Shown here in pieces: positions 47,119-61,903 of a stretch of DNA of 64,000 nucleotides. The position numbers and the translations under genes were made by a program. Numbering within the stretch: position 1 is the first letter of the stretch; every line of letters begins with the position of its first letter. Location: assembly GCA_010015805.1 (NCBI GenBank), contig ML978121.1:124001-188000 (forward strand), read 5' to 3'. This stretch comes from Rhizodiscina lignyota. Its lineage: Eukaryota. Under the pieces are notes generated by a model. That model had not been told where the DNA came from, ran no database searches, and worked only from the letters and a program-made list of their open reading frames with translations.

Positions 47119-47602
47119 GCGATGCCTATGCAAAATCATCGTGGGGGTAGTCAGACCTGTTCACAAACAGGTGTCCTTATCACAAATTGATGGCGAGCAC
47201 TCGAAGCAGACGGGACCAAGTTGATACACTTTCTACTTCAATACACGACATTTCTTTTATGGCCATCCATACGCGATGAATTCTGAAATTCTCATGTCAA
47301 AGTGCTCACGAGAATTCTTCCGCATTGCATCAACGCTTTGTTCCGGCTGCGGTCAATACATGTTCAACTTAGAATCTACAGCTTGGCGTGGCTGTTGGAT
47401 AGATATCCTCAGCGGTGGTTAGACACACGACAACTCTCCCAGGATGTGCGAGAAATTCCATGTCATTAATAGCCCAGGAGTGGACTCAAGTCGTCGGCCA
47501 CGCAAGGCAACATACCACGTTGGAAACCATTTCACAGTTCTTCTGTGCGTCGACAGTGAGGAGAGAGACACCATGTGCATAAAGTCTATTCGTCGTAAAT
47601 AC

Positions 47603-48688
47603 TCATAGCTTAGGGATGAGCAGCGGAGTGTTCTTCTTCCTTTCCTGATACTCTTTCCGATCACCATACCGCTTGTCATACTTATCTTCGCTCAGCGGAA
47701 TGCCCGAGACCTTCGTCAAGAGCAACGTCGTAAACGCCGGACTCACTGCAGCCATCGCAACAGCACCCAACCTCGCGACTGGGCTCCCACTCCATCCCAA
47801 CGCCCTCTGGCCAGCTGTGCTAGCCAATATTCCTCCAGCCAGCGCCGCGATGCCCGTCCAAAGCGTGATCTCCCCGGCATAGTTGGGATGTCTGCTCTTG
47901 CTCCAGAGTCCACGCGTCAGGAACTCCTCGCTGTGCTTCTTCTCCCGCTTCTCCTTCAGCCAGGCGTTTTTCTGCATGTCGGCGAGCACTTCGAAGGTGA
48001 AGCCACCTAGGAAGAGCGCCGCGCCTGCTATGTCGGTGACTGTAACGCGAGCAAGGGAGGCGAAGGCGGTCGTGGGCAGGGCATTGAGGGATATTACTGG
48101 GAGAAGGCAGAGGGATACCCTACATCTTGTTAGCATCTTGATTATGGTTGCCATCTGGTCTTCTGCGTGCCGTACCAAGTAGCTTGTGCCATGAAAGCAG
48201 CGAAGAATTTAGGCGGCGAGCCACGGATATTGTCGAAGCGAGAGTCACGTCCATTCTCAGAGGTGATGCGACTGAATAGGTATGATCCCACTGCGTACCC
48301 AGGGTCAGCATTTGCAGCTCTCCTATCGACAAGACCAGTGCTAGCTCTTGAAGAACGTACACCGCGTAGCCCAGACTCCAACAGCCGCACTTATAGCCAA
48401 TTGTCTCCAATTGAACCTTCCCAATGCCACATTCGTGACTCCGGTCTTGAGTGCCTCACTCCCAAGGCCTGTCAACCTTGCGCGTATTGTCGGTAGGTAC
48501 AAGCTCACCGCCGTACAGGAGAGATACGTCAGGGAGCCGGACAAGTCATAGAAGCGCTCTGTCTGTGCGGCTATGCTTGGAATAGCAACGGCGGCTTGTA
48601 TCCCATATGCAAGGGCGACAGTGGGTACGAGGGTTCTAAGCAGCGGGCTGCGAAACGCACTGATATTGAGAAGGTACCGGAGAGCCAT
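47603..48688 (-). CDS. DUF1295 / steroid 5-alpha-reductase-like membrane protein
   Basis: TERFYDLSGSLTY, GRDSRFDNIR, FEVLADMQK, GLWSKSRHPNYAGEITLW, SGIPLSE; two introns. Confidence 0.9.
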
Positions 48689-49204
48689 TGTAGGTGACGG
48701 AGCAAATGAGACCTGGCACGAGCAGTCGAAATAGGGTTCGAAGTGTTTCGGGCCATGTAGGCCGTCTTAAAAGCGGTATCCTCACATGTTTGATGGTCGA
48801 TGTTACGAAGAGCGTGTCAACGATCACAGCTGGAAATGGTGACGTACTCGAGCTTGGACCAACTCATGTCTTTTTGGGTCTCACTGCAGTACAGAATAGT
48901 ATAGGAGCAGGCACAAGAACTTATATTCCTACAATTGATACTCCAAGGTAAAGAGAATACCTCCTCTTTTATAAACAACTGGCTCTGTCCAATCCGAGAT
49001 ATGATGCCGGCATTAAGCAAGAAATACCTGCAAACACCCAAGCTTAATCTCTAGGTATCTTCTGAGACAAGAAGTCCAAAAGGGTCAATAAAAGCCAAAT
49101 TCGAGCCCCAATTGATCCAAAACATGTCGGAACAGGTACTACGGAGTACCATGAGCGGCAAGGGGAACCCCAACTCCCGCCTAATGTCGTCTTCCAATCG
49201 TCAT

Positions 49205-50276
49205 CTAAGTCGTCTCGTCGAGACGGTATTGTCGTTTCTCGTATTCACCCTATAACACATAAGTGGATCAGTATAGCCGTACGGTGTGGAGAAGAGCATT
49301 CACTGACCTCGTCCAATTCCTTGGCAGCTTTTTCACGATGAGCCACAACCTTCCTGATCTCCGGGCTAGGACTTCCTTCCAAGATCACCTGAGTCGACTT
49401 TGGCAGCCAGCGTAAGATGTGAAACGCATTGGCATAGACATTGTTTCTCGAGTACCTCGGCTTGCCTGCGGTGGTGTTGTCACCATCGCTGCCAGGGTCG
49501 AGTGTAGCCCAGCCACCTGGAAGATCGACTGTCAGAGTGCGCAGACCCTTGCAGTACCTCAGTCCCACTCGCACGAGATCGGAAAATCCATCCAAGATGT
49601 CGTGGTGAGAAGTGATGTTGATGCGGATATGCCTAAACAAGCTCCTCGTTTTCTGCTGAAGAGAGTTGACCGAATAGATGGCGGTGTTCAGGTCGAGCAG
49701 AATTACATTCTCGGAATAGAGAATGCGGCTCGCTTCACGGTAGATCTGCTTATTGACACGGAGGAGTGCAGGGACAAGGTCTGCTCCTTTTTGCTGCGAT
49801 TGTTTGGAATCACCTCCCTTGCAGCGGCCGGCCTTCTTGATGGATTTGAATGCGCCTCGAGTGCTGCGAGGAGGATGAAGCACGAGGTCCTGCGAAAGAA
49901 CATTGCTCTCCGCCGGAAAAAGCAGGCCGCTACGAGCGGCATTCGTTTGAATGGACTGCCGTTGCCGGAGTGACGTTGACTGATCGCTGCTCTGGAGGAA
50001 ACGACGGAGAAGTACTCCAGAGTCAAACTCGCCAGAGTCGAAGTCCTCATCAAAGTCCTTGGGTGCTTCCTCTGGCTTGGAAACGGAGAAGAGGAGCGGG
50101 CCATCGCTCACGAGAGCCTGGCGATAGATGATTAAGCGTATCTCGGCGGATAGCTGTAGGAAGGGGAAATGATCATGGCGCGTAGGCTGCGGGGTGGAGG
50201 AGGCCCTCATCGACGTGCTCGATTCCGCAGCTGGCATGCCAGCAGCCATACCAGAATCAGAAATGTCGAAGCACAT
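49205..50276 (-). CDS. Hypothetical protein with an F-box-like / 2EXR-like motif
   Basis: FPFLQLSAEIRLIIYRQAL and PALLRVNKQIYREASRILYSEN. Terminal intron about 49251-49307 gives the tail GEYEKRQYRLDETT*. Start codon uncertain. Confidence 0.75.
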
Positions 50277-53200
50277 TGCGAACGAGTGAGGGTGTTTGGT
50301 CCGTAGAGCGAGCTCACGAGGAAGACGTTGAGGGATGAAAACAGACTCGGGCGACACGCAAGCGGGGTCAACAGCGTTGCGGGCACTCGTTCAGGGAGGA
50401 AGCTGAGAGGGTAATGGAGAGACGGATAATTCTGCTAGGCACGAGGCAAGAGCTGCCGGAAGCTCACATGCAAATGGCGAGGTCGGTGCAGGGCAAGATG
50501 CAGGAATGGATGTTGAGTGTTGTATTTGTGTTAGAGATCGAAGAAATCTCAAGGCGTCACTCCTTCCGCATTGAGCTCGAGGCCCGGGCCTGGGATCGCG
50601 GATCACGTGCGTGGCTGGCTTCTTTCGATCGCATCTAGCCGCTCGCCCTTAACCCTAACCCTGTCGATGCAGCGAACCCTTTGTTCAATAATCAAACTCC
50701 CCTCACGACGGAGAATTGATTCACACAAGATAGATTTCCATCTTACTCCATGGTATACTGGAAGGAGTTAGTTGTTCGCGGCCTTATTGGTCGCTGCTAT
50801 GCATTCCTCGTACCACAATGATATTTATATAACGCCCTGTTTACTCGAATACTCGACCGATAGCTTCTCTCCTATTGCCATGATTTTGCGTGTAGCTGAT
50901 CCCTTTTCCATTGTTGTTTATATTAGGTTTTATTACCATGCTCAAATGAACATGACTTTCAAGATGCATCTGTTCCGTCAGTCGTCATTAAGCGTAAAAC
51001 GCATAGCCGCCGAAATGATGGTATATATTCAACTACTGCCTGTGGCCTTCTGTTGACAACAGATATATCACCAAAAAATTGGCGACATCTCATTGACAGT
51101 GTTTATTGCCGCCTAAGACAACTCTACTTCGCTATATCTAACCTTTTAACCGTAACCTTCATCTGACTATGGCTATTATGGACCGTAGGATTGTAATCAA
51201 CTACTATTATGTGCTGCTGTCGCTCCTTTACATAATGCTAACGATACGGGATGCTCTACGCGCAATGCAAGGGAAGTTAATAGGACAAGCTCAACTGAGT
51301 CGAATAGAGTTGTCTTCCAATGGGGCCGCTCTTGAGCTACGCAGTTACGATAAACGCCGCGGGAGTCAGCTTGTTCATCTCTGACTTCAACATCTCACCA
51401 ATTCTTCGCCGGCTATCCACGTCCTAGCTTCCCCCACACTCAATCCACACCTTTTCGGATTGGTCTTTGCGCCACAAGTTATTTATAGTCGTGGCGTGGC
51501 TGCTCTCATGCGCTCCCCTTTTGTTGGACATACCTGGTTTCAAATCGGTTCTTTGATGAAAGGCGCTCACATTCAAAGGTCTATGCAGAGATTTGAACTG
51601 CACATACGATCTCCGGCAATAGTCAAGTTGATGATCGTCAACATTGATCTCTCCAATCTACACAGTCGTAAGCAACTCGCTTCTACCGATTTCCGTTTTG
51701 GTCTTGTTTTGGAATACGATATCATGTTGGGAGAGGGTCTCGCCGAAGCGCAATTCATCGGGCATCTATCGCATCGCTTCTATGACAAGCTAGACAGAAA
51801 GTCTATATGATCTGATTCGAAAGAGCCCAAAGCCTAAAGGGATCTACCGATCTGCTCAGATGCAACAGAGATGCGAGCGAGCGGTGCAAGCTATCACCGT
51901 TCTTGGCGGGCTCATGACTCGCTTCTCCCCCCGTCAATCTTGAGGCTGAATCATTACAGAGATCGCAGCACCGAAGGAGAGATCAAGAGTTCGCTTATCA
52001 AGTGCTCCTGTGCTCATGTTGCGGTTGCATTTGCAGGGTAAGCCCCATGGCAAAACCGTTGAAACATTTGACTTGGACTCGTAAGCTGTAACTTCACTCC
52101 ACGTCCGCATGTATGGACCCCCAGTGGCGGTGTACGTTCTGCAGGCACCGAATCCTTCTCCAGGGCTGCGCAAGTCCGCCTGCAAACGAGGGAAGCAGTT
52201 GTTTCAAACCGTCAGTTTCCAAGATACAATATGCATGGCGGGAGGAGCGGAGCCAGCGGGAGCCGAATGTCGGAATGAGGCTGCAGCACGCACTGATTCA
52301 ATAATTTTGGGCATTAAGATCGCCCCTTGAAACGGGGAGCGACGTCTGCACGATGGGGGGAAGTTCCGCTGTCAGAACCATACCATGTGCATGGACGCCG
52401 ATCTGCCTCTGCTCGCTTAGGCAAGATGTTCGTGCACTTCGATTGACTCGAGAAGGTTGTTACTCGCCGGTGGCATCCGCCGTGGCTGGAAACTAGTTTG
52501 AGCAGGATGGTGTCGTGTCTCTGCCATTGAGGACGGGAAACAAGTGCAGAAAGCTTGAAAGCTTGGCGGATGAGTGCAGCCGATGGCTTGCTGTAGGATG
52601 ATTACCTGAGGTTGGAAATATTATGCTGGAGTCTGCCTTCTGATTGATGAAAAGTAAATGCAAGCCCATTCGTGTTGTGCAGTCAACGTCATGCGAATCA
52701 AATCTCCCCGTCCCATTTTACCTGCGTAAGCGGTTCGCGGGTGCTGGGGGAGCAAACGCGCTATGCATCAGAACGGAAGGCTTCCAGAAAAACCGCGCAT
52801 TGATCGTTTCGCGAGGGCGACACGGGGGTCCCTGTGCTCACACACCAAGACGCACGCAACAACGGAGGTCACCACTATTTTGGAATGACTCTGTGGAGGT
52901 GCGCCGAGCGCCGGAGCGATGATGTTTGCGTTCGGTAGGGTCGCTAGCTCGGGATGCACCGGTTGCTCGACCTTGGAGAGTTGGATCCCAGTTTAGATAC
53001 GCAGAGGCGCGAAGGAAGGGGCCGTCTCTTGAGACTGACCCTGCAGCGGAAGAGTCGTTGCAGGACGATGGGGTTGCCGCAAAAGTTGGCGCGAGATGGC
53101 GATGTGCAAGGGAGCGCACGCAAAAACAAGCGCGCTTTAAATGACGAGTGGCGCCCGCCCATCTCCCCGGCAGTTGACAGCAGAAGGTACGGTGTGGTTG

Positions 53201-56200
53201 TGGCTGTCGTCATCACTCCAGACGAGCTAAAATTATAATCTGGAGAACAGTGAAGTTTGTAGGCGCTAGGTCGCAGTCTTTCCAGGGAAGAACGCCAAAT
53301 GGAGAGCAATCTCCGCGCCAAAATGCGAACAGGATGTGTGATGCTGAGTGTCAAGATCGGAAGGGATGTACGTACCACAGTCTGATGCTGTAGAAGTCAA
53401 AAGCCGAGCGAACGTCTTCGCAGAACTCCCACCACCCACCCTACGTTATGACCACAACCGCTCCGCCGACCTGGGACACCCTGTCCGTGATCTCCCATAC
53501 CCTGGGTGGACGGGTCGTGACCTACCTTCTGCACGAGCGCGATGCTATTCCCACGCGACTCAGCATTTGTCCGGGGCGGAAAAGTTAGGAGAAGAGAGAA
53601 TGGAACGTCGAGATGATGAAAGACTTTGATGCTGGTCGTGATGCCTGACGAAGGCTGCGATGTGCGCGTTTGACTTTCTGAGCGACCCTTCTCACATACC
53701 TCGGGAGGGCGATTGCACAAGATTCAGGCCTCCGTGAGTTGCAGACGAACGAAGGACGAGACCAAGGCACCCTCGTGCTCGCCATGCGTTCTAAATGAAT
53801 TTGTGAAATGCAATCGTGTAATCCAGACAGGGTGCAATCTCTGGTGAGATGAGGCCGGGAGCGCTGCGTTGTGGGCAGATATTGTCATGTCATGCAGGAT
53901 GAGAAAACTTCCTGTTCGTGGGCGGGCGAGGTTGACCCCTGCAACGTCTTCCGTACGTGCAGTAGCACAGTAGTAATACATAGGAGCAGAAGCGAGCGCT
54001 GAGAAGTCAGGCGTGACTCAGTACCACCGTAGGTCGCGCCGATATGATGTCGAAAGCGAGATGAGTGCCGGTTTGCGCGACCCCCTTTCGAGGGCGGGAA
54101 TGGGCATGCTTGCGGTTATTGGCTCGCGCTCGCATGATTGGAAACGACACTCCAGCCTCGTCAAGGGTGCGGATGAGGCGCAACGACTCACGGACAGCAG
54201 AAGCTGGCAATCATCTCCCCAGCGTGTCTGGCGTTGGGTACCCAGATAATTGGAGCAGATGGTGGGTGCGAATCTGCGGGAGGAAAGCCACGTTACAGAA
54301 GATGCACTGGGCAGAGAGAGGACATCCCTGGCGCAGCTTGGATGCCGCACGATGCAGCATGACAGCGTGGCGATCCTGGCAGAGGATGGAAGCAACCTTC
54401 TTTGCCTTCTAGCGCGCTTCCACGCCGCTTCCAAAGATGGCCTGCGCGCCGGGACGACAACGACCAACAGGCAAGGGGAGTGAGGCATGCAGACCTCACC
54501 TCGTAGCTGGCATCGGGATGCGTGACGCTACCGCCGGTGTCTTCTGACCGTCCCGTGCAGCGTGAGGCCATTATCGGAAATCTAATTTATTGGCCGCGAG
54601 TTGGACTGCCTTTACCGCCGAAGGAGCTGCGCTGTCGGCGTGCGAGTCAAGCGTCGTCTTGACTGGGTGGCCCAACCCGCGCAGGGACAATCGTCGGGAG
54701 CTTGGACAGAGTTAAAGCAAGCAATGATGCAGCAGTAGCAGAGAGATGGAGCTCCATGTAGCTGCTTGACCAAGCATAGACCTGAAGACGGACGACTGCA
54801 TGGGTAACCCTATTTCCCCAAGGGCACACCTTCTTCTGAACCGAGATGTAATCTCAAGCTGGAATGCTTCCGTGAACAAGCCGCGATCTACATAACAGCC
54901 GCTGCCGCCTAGTTGTTTGTGCTGCCCCTGAAAGGTCTAAAGACTCGACTTCGTGCCACGAACAGTCCGGCGTTGGAAAGAAGCAAACGCTTTCACTCCG
55001 TCCCCCACGAGCCGAACAAAGCACTGCTGCGAACCCCCAACGGCGCCCACATATCTGACACCCAAGTTTACGGAATTAGCTATCTTGAAGCTGCCTGTCC
55101 TGCTGTTGAGGCGCAGCGGCGACACACTCAGCTTGCGAGGTTAAAAGCGAACCGCGGCCGAGCAACTGCCAACGGCGAGTTTGCTCTCGAGCAGAGCGAG
55201 CAAGGACAGAGCAGAGGCTGATACCGCACCGGACCGACGCAGAGACTCGGCACGACTTTGTTTCGATTCGAACTTGGCCTGAAGAGGGAGTGTTCCAGAA
55301 GACTGACACCAGACGCCATCCGTACCGGCGCTTGGGAGAGGGCATCAGTCGGGAAGTGTTACATCCACCAGGATCCGGGCGCGGCCAACAGGAGGCATTT
55401 GGCAGAGGCATCGTCCAGCAGGAAGGGATTAACAGGCAGCTCATCCATTGGACCCCCAATTTACCCCTTCACGTAAGCGGCGACCAGGATTGGCGCGCAA
55501 CGGTCATCCGGAAGGTCATCGATACGGGCGGTCGCCGTCGCTCATCTGAGATCCTCAGAGGCAGCGAAGGGCCAGCGGAGCGTGCTCGCAGCCATCTCCA
55601 ACGACGGGCCGGCGCGCACGCTGCTGGAGGCTGGATTAGCATTGCTTTGTCCGCGGTGGGCACGAGTATTTTTGTCAGGAGAAGGCGTGGCGCTGCTGCG
55701 CGCTCCTTGCGGCTAGCCGACAAGCCATCGCCCCGAGCGGGCCTAGCGCCACCCACGCCGCCTCCTGCCTGGCGTGCACCTACAGGCACCCTCGCTCTTC
55801 CTCTGCGCCTTCCAGAAAGTACCCGTTGAAAAGTATTCGCTCCATCCACACCACACACCACCACCACTGCTCATCGTGCGAGCGGCCACCGACCACCGTG
55901 CCCCTCTGCCATCCGCCTCTCATCGCTGCTGCGAGAGCATCAAGGTACGTCCAGCTGAACCCCCCGAGCGACGCGCCGTTTTTGTTGTCGCGTTGTGCCC
56001 GGCTCGCGACCGGGGCGTCGTGCAGCACTGTCTCCTTTTCACCTCACCACCAACCACGCTCGCTCCACGCCGTCAACATCGCGCTTGCGTGCCTTGAACA
56101 CCCTTTGTCAACGCGCATCCTCTCTCGTTGCATCGTGCACGTCGTTGTTGTCTTGAGACACGTTCATTCACTGACACGCATCGAATCACAGTGCTACCCT

Positions 56201-56481
56201 CAGCATTGACCTTTGAGCGGCCCGATCCTGCACACAGCACGACGCCGAATTTCGAGGGACCATCGTCACCTCGATATCTCGCTCCGTCCTTGGCCTCGCT
56301 CTGCCTCCAGCCTGTGCCGTAGCTGCGCGGTGGTAGATCGGCTCGCTCAGGACACGCGTGTCCTGGATACATGTGCCACCTGGACCTCAACTCCCTCTTG
56401 GTGGCCAAAACAGTGGTGCGCTTCTTTTCCCTACACACAGGACTCAACACCCATAACTCCTCTGCATAATCATCTGTCCGG

Positions 56482-58073
<1,592 letters not shown>

Positions 58074-59350
58074 CGAACCTTCCCTTTGTCTGTGCTATAA
58101 TGTACTTCTAGAGCATCGAATCGGTTCATTTCCTTCAATTCTCGGTAATCCTCGGTCTGGTGCAGAGACCCTATACCCTCTTCATGGGCCTTTGCTTTGC
58201 ACTCACATGGCGCGGCAACTGGTCAACTAGGTCTGCGAAGGTCTTTGCGAGTTTTGCTTTTGGGGGGTTAATGGATGGCGGTGCAAAGCCGGCGCAGCAA
58301 GGAGGGGGTGTTTCTGTGCATCAGCATTTTCTGGTGCGAATTTGGCAGTTTTCCTTTCAATTTGCAATCGTCCTGTCTCTACTGTGTCTTTCGTCTACTC
58401 TGAAAAGTTGATTTGCACGTGCTCTGTTTCAGCAAGAGCCTCCTCTCACAACCAAATGTAATCTCCTAGGCGGCGTTGATAGACGGACCATGAAGCTCTT
58501 CACATGGCATCTGCTTCGGGATGGCTCGTTTTGCTTGCTTGTTAATTCTCGGCGTGTTGAAGGGGATTCTGGGGCATATTACGTGTGCATATATAATACC
58601 CAAAGCATCAACTTCAACCACTTGGTCCCCGTGCCACTGTGATGTCCAGGAGTGTGAGCGATGTGGTGCAGACACGTCGTGGAGCTCTTCCTTCGATCCT
58701 CCAGCAGAGGCCTCCCACGGCTTGGCTTGGGCGCTCGGCTACGCGGAGTTGCGAGGAGTAATATGAGGCCTGCTCGGAGGAAAGCGAGAAGACGCGGTCG
58801 CACTCCGCAGTGCGAATTAGAACTCTGGCCAAGGCAGGCTCAGTAATGTGATCTGACCAATTTTTCGTCATACAGCTGTATCGCTTCATTACGTGGTACA
58901 CGGGCAGCCCGAGCATCCCGAACGCGCGCCAGCCGACCGGGGCGTTCCAGCACCAAGACTTTTGTGATGCGGCGTCGCAGGCCAGGCCAGCTCAACCTGA
59001 CAACCTCCAGCTTCACCTCACTCGCAACAAACCACTCCACTCTCCGCTCCTTCTTCACGCCAACGCCCCTTCCGACACACTGAGACTGCGCACGGAGGCC
59101 TCGCTCCGCCTTTGAAAGATACCTAATCGCAGCTTGCCCGGTGGCGGTGATCCTAGCGAGCAGCGGCCGCGGTTGAAGGCGGCTGGCGTCATCGCGCGCG
59201 ACATCTTTTGCCAACTCGCCACGGTTACGCACAATTCTATCAAGACCTCGACTCGAAAAGGCGGATTTGACAGAACACGATCGATTGCTGGTGCCTAGAC
59301 AGCTGTTCGACTTTCCTGCACCTTGAAGCAACGTCCCGCAGCTACCCAAC

Positions 59351-61332
59351 ATGTCGAAGGTCGTCAGGAGCGTCAAGAACGTTACTAAGGGGTATACCTC
59401 CGCCCAGGTTAAGGTATGCACTCGATAGAGTCCATTTTACCTGCTGCTAGTGCCTGTTCGCTTTTTGTGAACCCCGCTGACCGTGAGTTTGTTCGACAGG
59501 TCCGCAATGCGACGTCCAACGATCCATGGGGCCCTGTGGGCTCCGACATGGCCGAGATTGCGCAAATGACCTTCCAAGAGTAAGAATGAGCACACTCATG
59601 TGTCTCCGCACACTCGAATCACAGGAGCTGATGGGCAATGCAGTACCACAACCTTCTACGAGATCATGGACATGCTCGACAAGCGACTCAACGACAAGGG
59701 CAAGAACTGGCGCCACGTGCTGAAGAGTCTGAAGGTGCTCGACTACTGCTTGCACGAAGGCAGCGAGCTGGTCGTGACGTGGGCGCGGAAGAACATCTAC
59801 ATCATCAAGACGCTGAGGGAGTTCCAGTACATTGATGAGGATGGCAGAGACGTGGGCCAGAATGGTGAGTTGATTGTCTATCGACCAAAAGGACCGAAGG
59901 CTGACATGAGTGGCGTGCAGTGCGCGTTTCTGCAAAGGAACTCACGGCGCTCATTTCCGACGAGGAGAGATTGCGTGCGGAGCGTCAGGATCGCAGGAGC
60001 TGGAAATCGCGCGTGACTGGAATCGAGGAATTTGGCCCAGGACAGCAGGGTCCAATTGGAGGAATCGAGGGTGGAAGGGGGAGAAGCAATACTAACCGCG
60101 ATCGGCGCCGACCCAATGCTGGCACCGAGGAGGACGATCTCGAATACAGACTGGCGATTGAGGCGAGCAAGAACGAAGCTGAAGAGCAGGCCAGAAGGCG
60201 GGCGCGCGATGCTCCCCCGGAGAATGATGATGACCTCGCCAAGGCTATCAAGCTGAGCAAGGAAGAGGAAGAGCTCCGCCGGCGTCAGCTCGAAGATTCG
60301 AATGCGCAGTCCTTGTTCGACGATACTCCGGCACAAGCTTCTCAACCCACTGGCTTCAACCAGGGATACCAGCAACAGGGTGCGGTGGATTGGTTCGGAA
60401 ACTTGCTCGACCAGCAACAGCCTCAGGCTCAGCCGCAGCAGACTGGTTTCGCGGGCGTTCCTGGCCAGCAGACCGGATACCAGAATGGCTTCGGGTATGG
60501 CACGTATCAGCAGCAGCCGCAGCAGCCACAGCAGACTGGTTATGATGCTTTCCAACAACTGCAGCAGCCCCAGCAGCAGTTCGTCCAGCCGCAGCAGACG
60601 GCATTCAATGTTAACAATCCATACGGCCAGCAGCTCAACGGCTACGGAGCCCAGCAACAGCCACAACAGGTGCAGCAGCAAGAGTCAGGCCCACAGGCTG
60701 GCAGCCACAACCCCTGGGCAACAGGTCTCCAGCAGGACGCCGTCAAGCCTCAGCCAACTGGCTCAAATAATCCCTTCGCCTCATCCTTCAACCGTCCTCA
60801 GTCCGCTCAAACACACCGTCCTCCCACTCTTGCTACGCTCTCCGAACAGCGTGTCACGAACACTTTCTCTTCCCCGTCTGCTGGCTCGCTCTTCACTTCC
60901 CCGCAACCACAGCAACAGGCCCAGCCATTCCAGCCCCAGCAAACCGCAAAGCCACAAGATCCCCACCGTGCTCGCCTCGATGCTCTGCTCTCTTCCGGCG
61001 AAGGTCAGGATACCTTTGGCAACGTTGGCGATCTGCGTATTCCTGCGCAGCATACCGCTCCCGGTACATTCGTCAATAGTGCAGGTGCCGGCTTGAACAG
61101 AGTCACGGCAAATGCAACTGGCACGAATCCGTTCCTGAACAGCCAGTTTACTGGAATGCCGCAAACGAACAGGATTGCGCCCGCGCAGACAGGCCCAGCG
61201 GCTGGCTTTGGCGCCGGTGGCTTTGGCGGAGGGGCTCAGTTTGCGCAGACTGGGTTCGGCGGCAGCCCGAATCCATTTGGCGCACAGCAGCCGAGGCAGC
61301 AGCAGGGCGGTGGGAGCTTGATTGATCTGTGA
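59351..61332 (+). CDS. ENT1: Epsin (Ent1/Ent2 orthologue)
   Basis: ENTH domain (MSKVVRSVKNVTKGY, VRNATSNDPWGP, KGKNWRHVLKSLKVLDY), two UIMs, NPF motifs, C-terminal clathrin box SLIDL; three introns. Confidence 0.95.
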
Positions 61333-61903
61333 GGATACCCAGACGAGCAGAATTGCTCGTGACACGGCTGGTCGAGAAATAATTTGGCAACAAATCAGGA
61401 TGGGAGTGGGACTGGGCACTGGACTGCATGCAATTTGCTTATTTTTCCTTTTGTCAAAAAGATTTTCATCTATCATGCCCCCTTTCTCTCGGAATCCTCT
61501 CATTGGCGATTGTCTCTTCGCCTACACACTTTTCCTTAAGTCACAACGGGCGATTACTCACTCAGCCTGCTTTTCATAAACTCTGTTCCCACTGGCAAAC
61601 GGCGAATATTGGGGATCGGCACTTCCCCGGGAGATTTCCTATTCGATACTCCACTTACAACTGCTTTTTTTCAATTGGATCACGAGTGGCCCCTGTACCT
61701 AGGCTTGCAGTCGCTTGAACAATTTGATCTTTCTGATAGTGCCATTTCTCCTGCTGCCGTGTGAATGTACTAATCTATACAGGTCCGTCCATGCTCTAGA
61801 GTATCCAGCCATCTCTAGCCTCTACGCCACCTCGCTAAATGACGAGCGTTGAAGAGATATTACGAATTTCTTTAAAGTGCAGATGAAAGAAAACAGAAAC
61901 GTC

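Noticed and set aside
51169..56209. Numerous 60-180 aa ORFs on both strands
   Set aside because: Mostly non-ATG starts with Arg/Ser/Pro-rich random composition and no domains.
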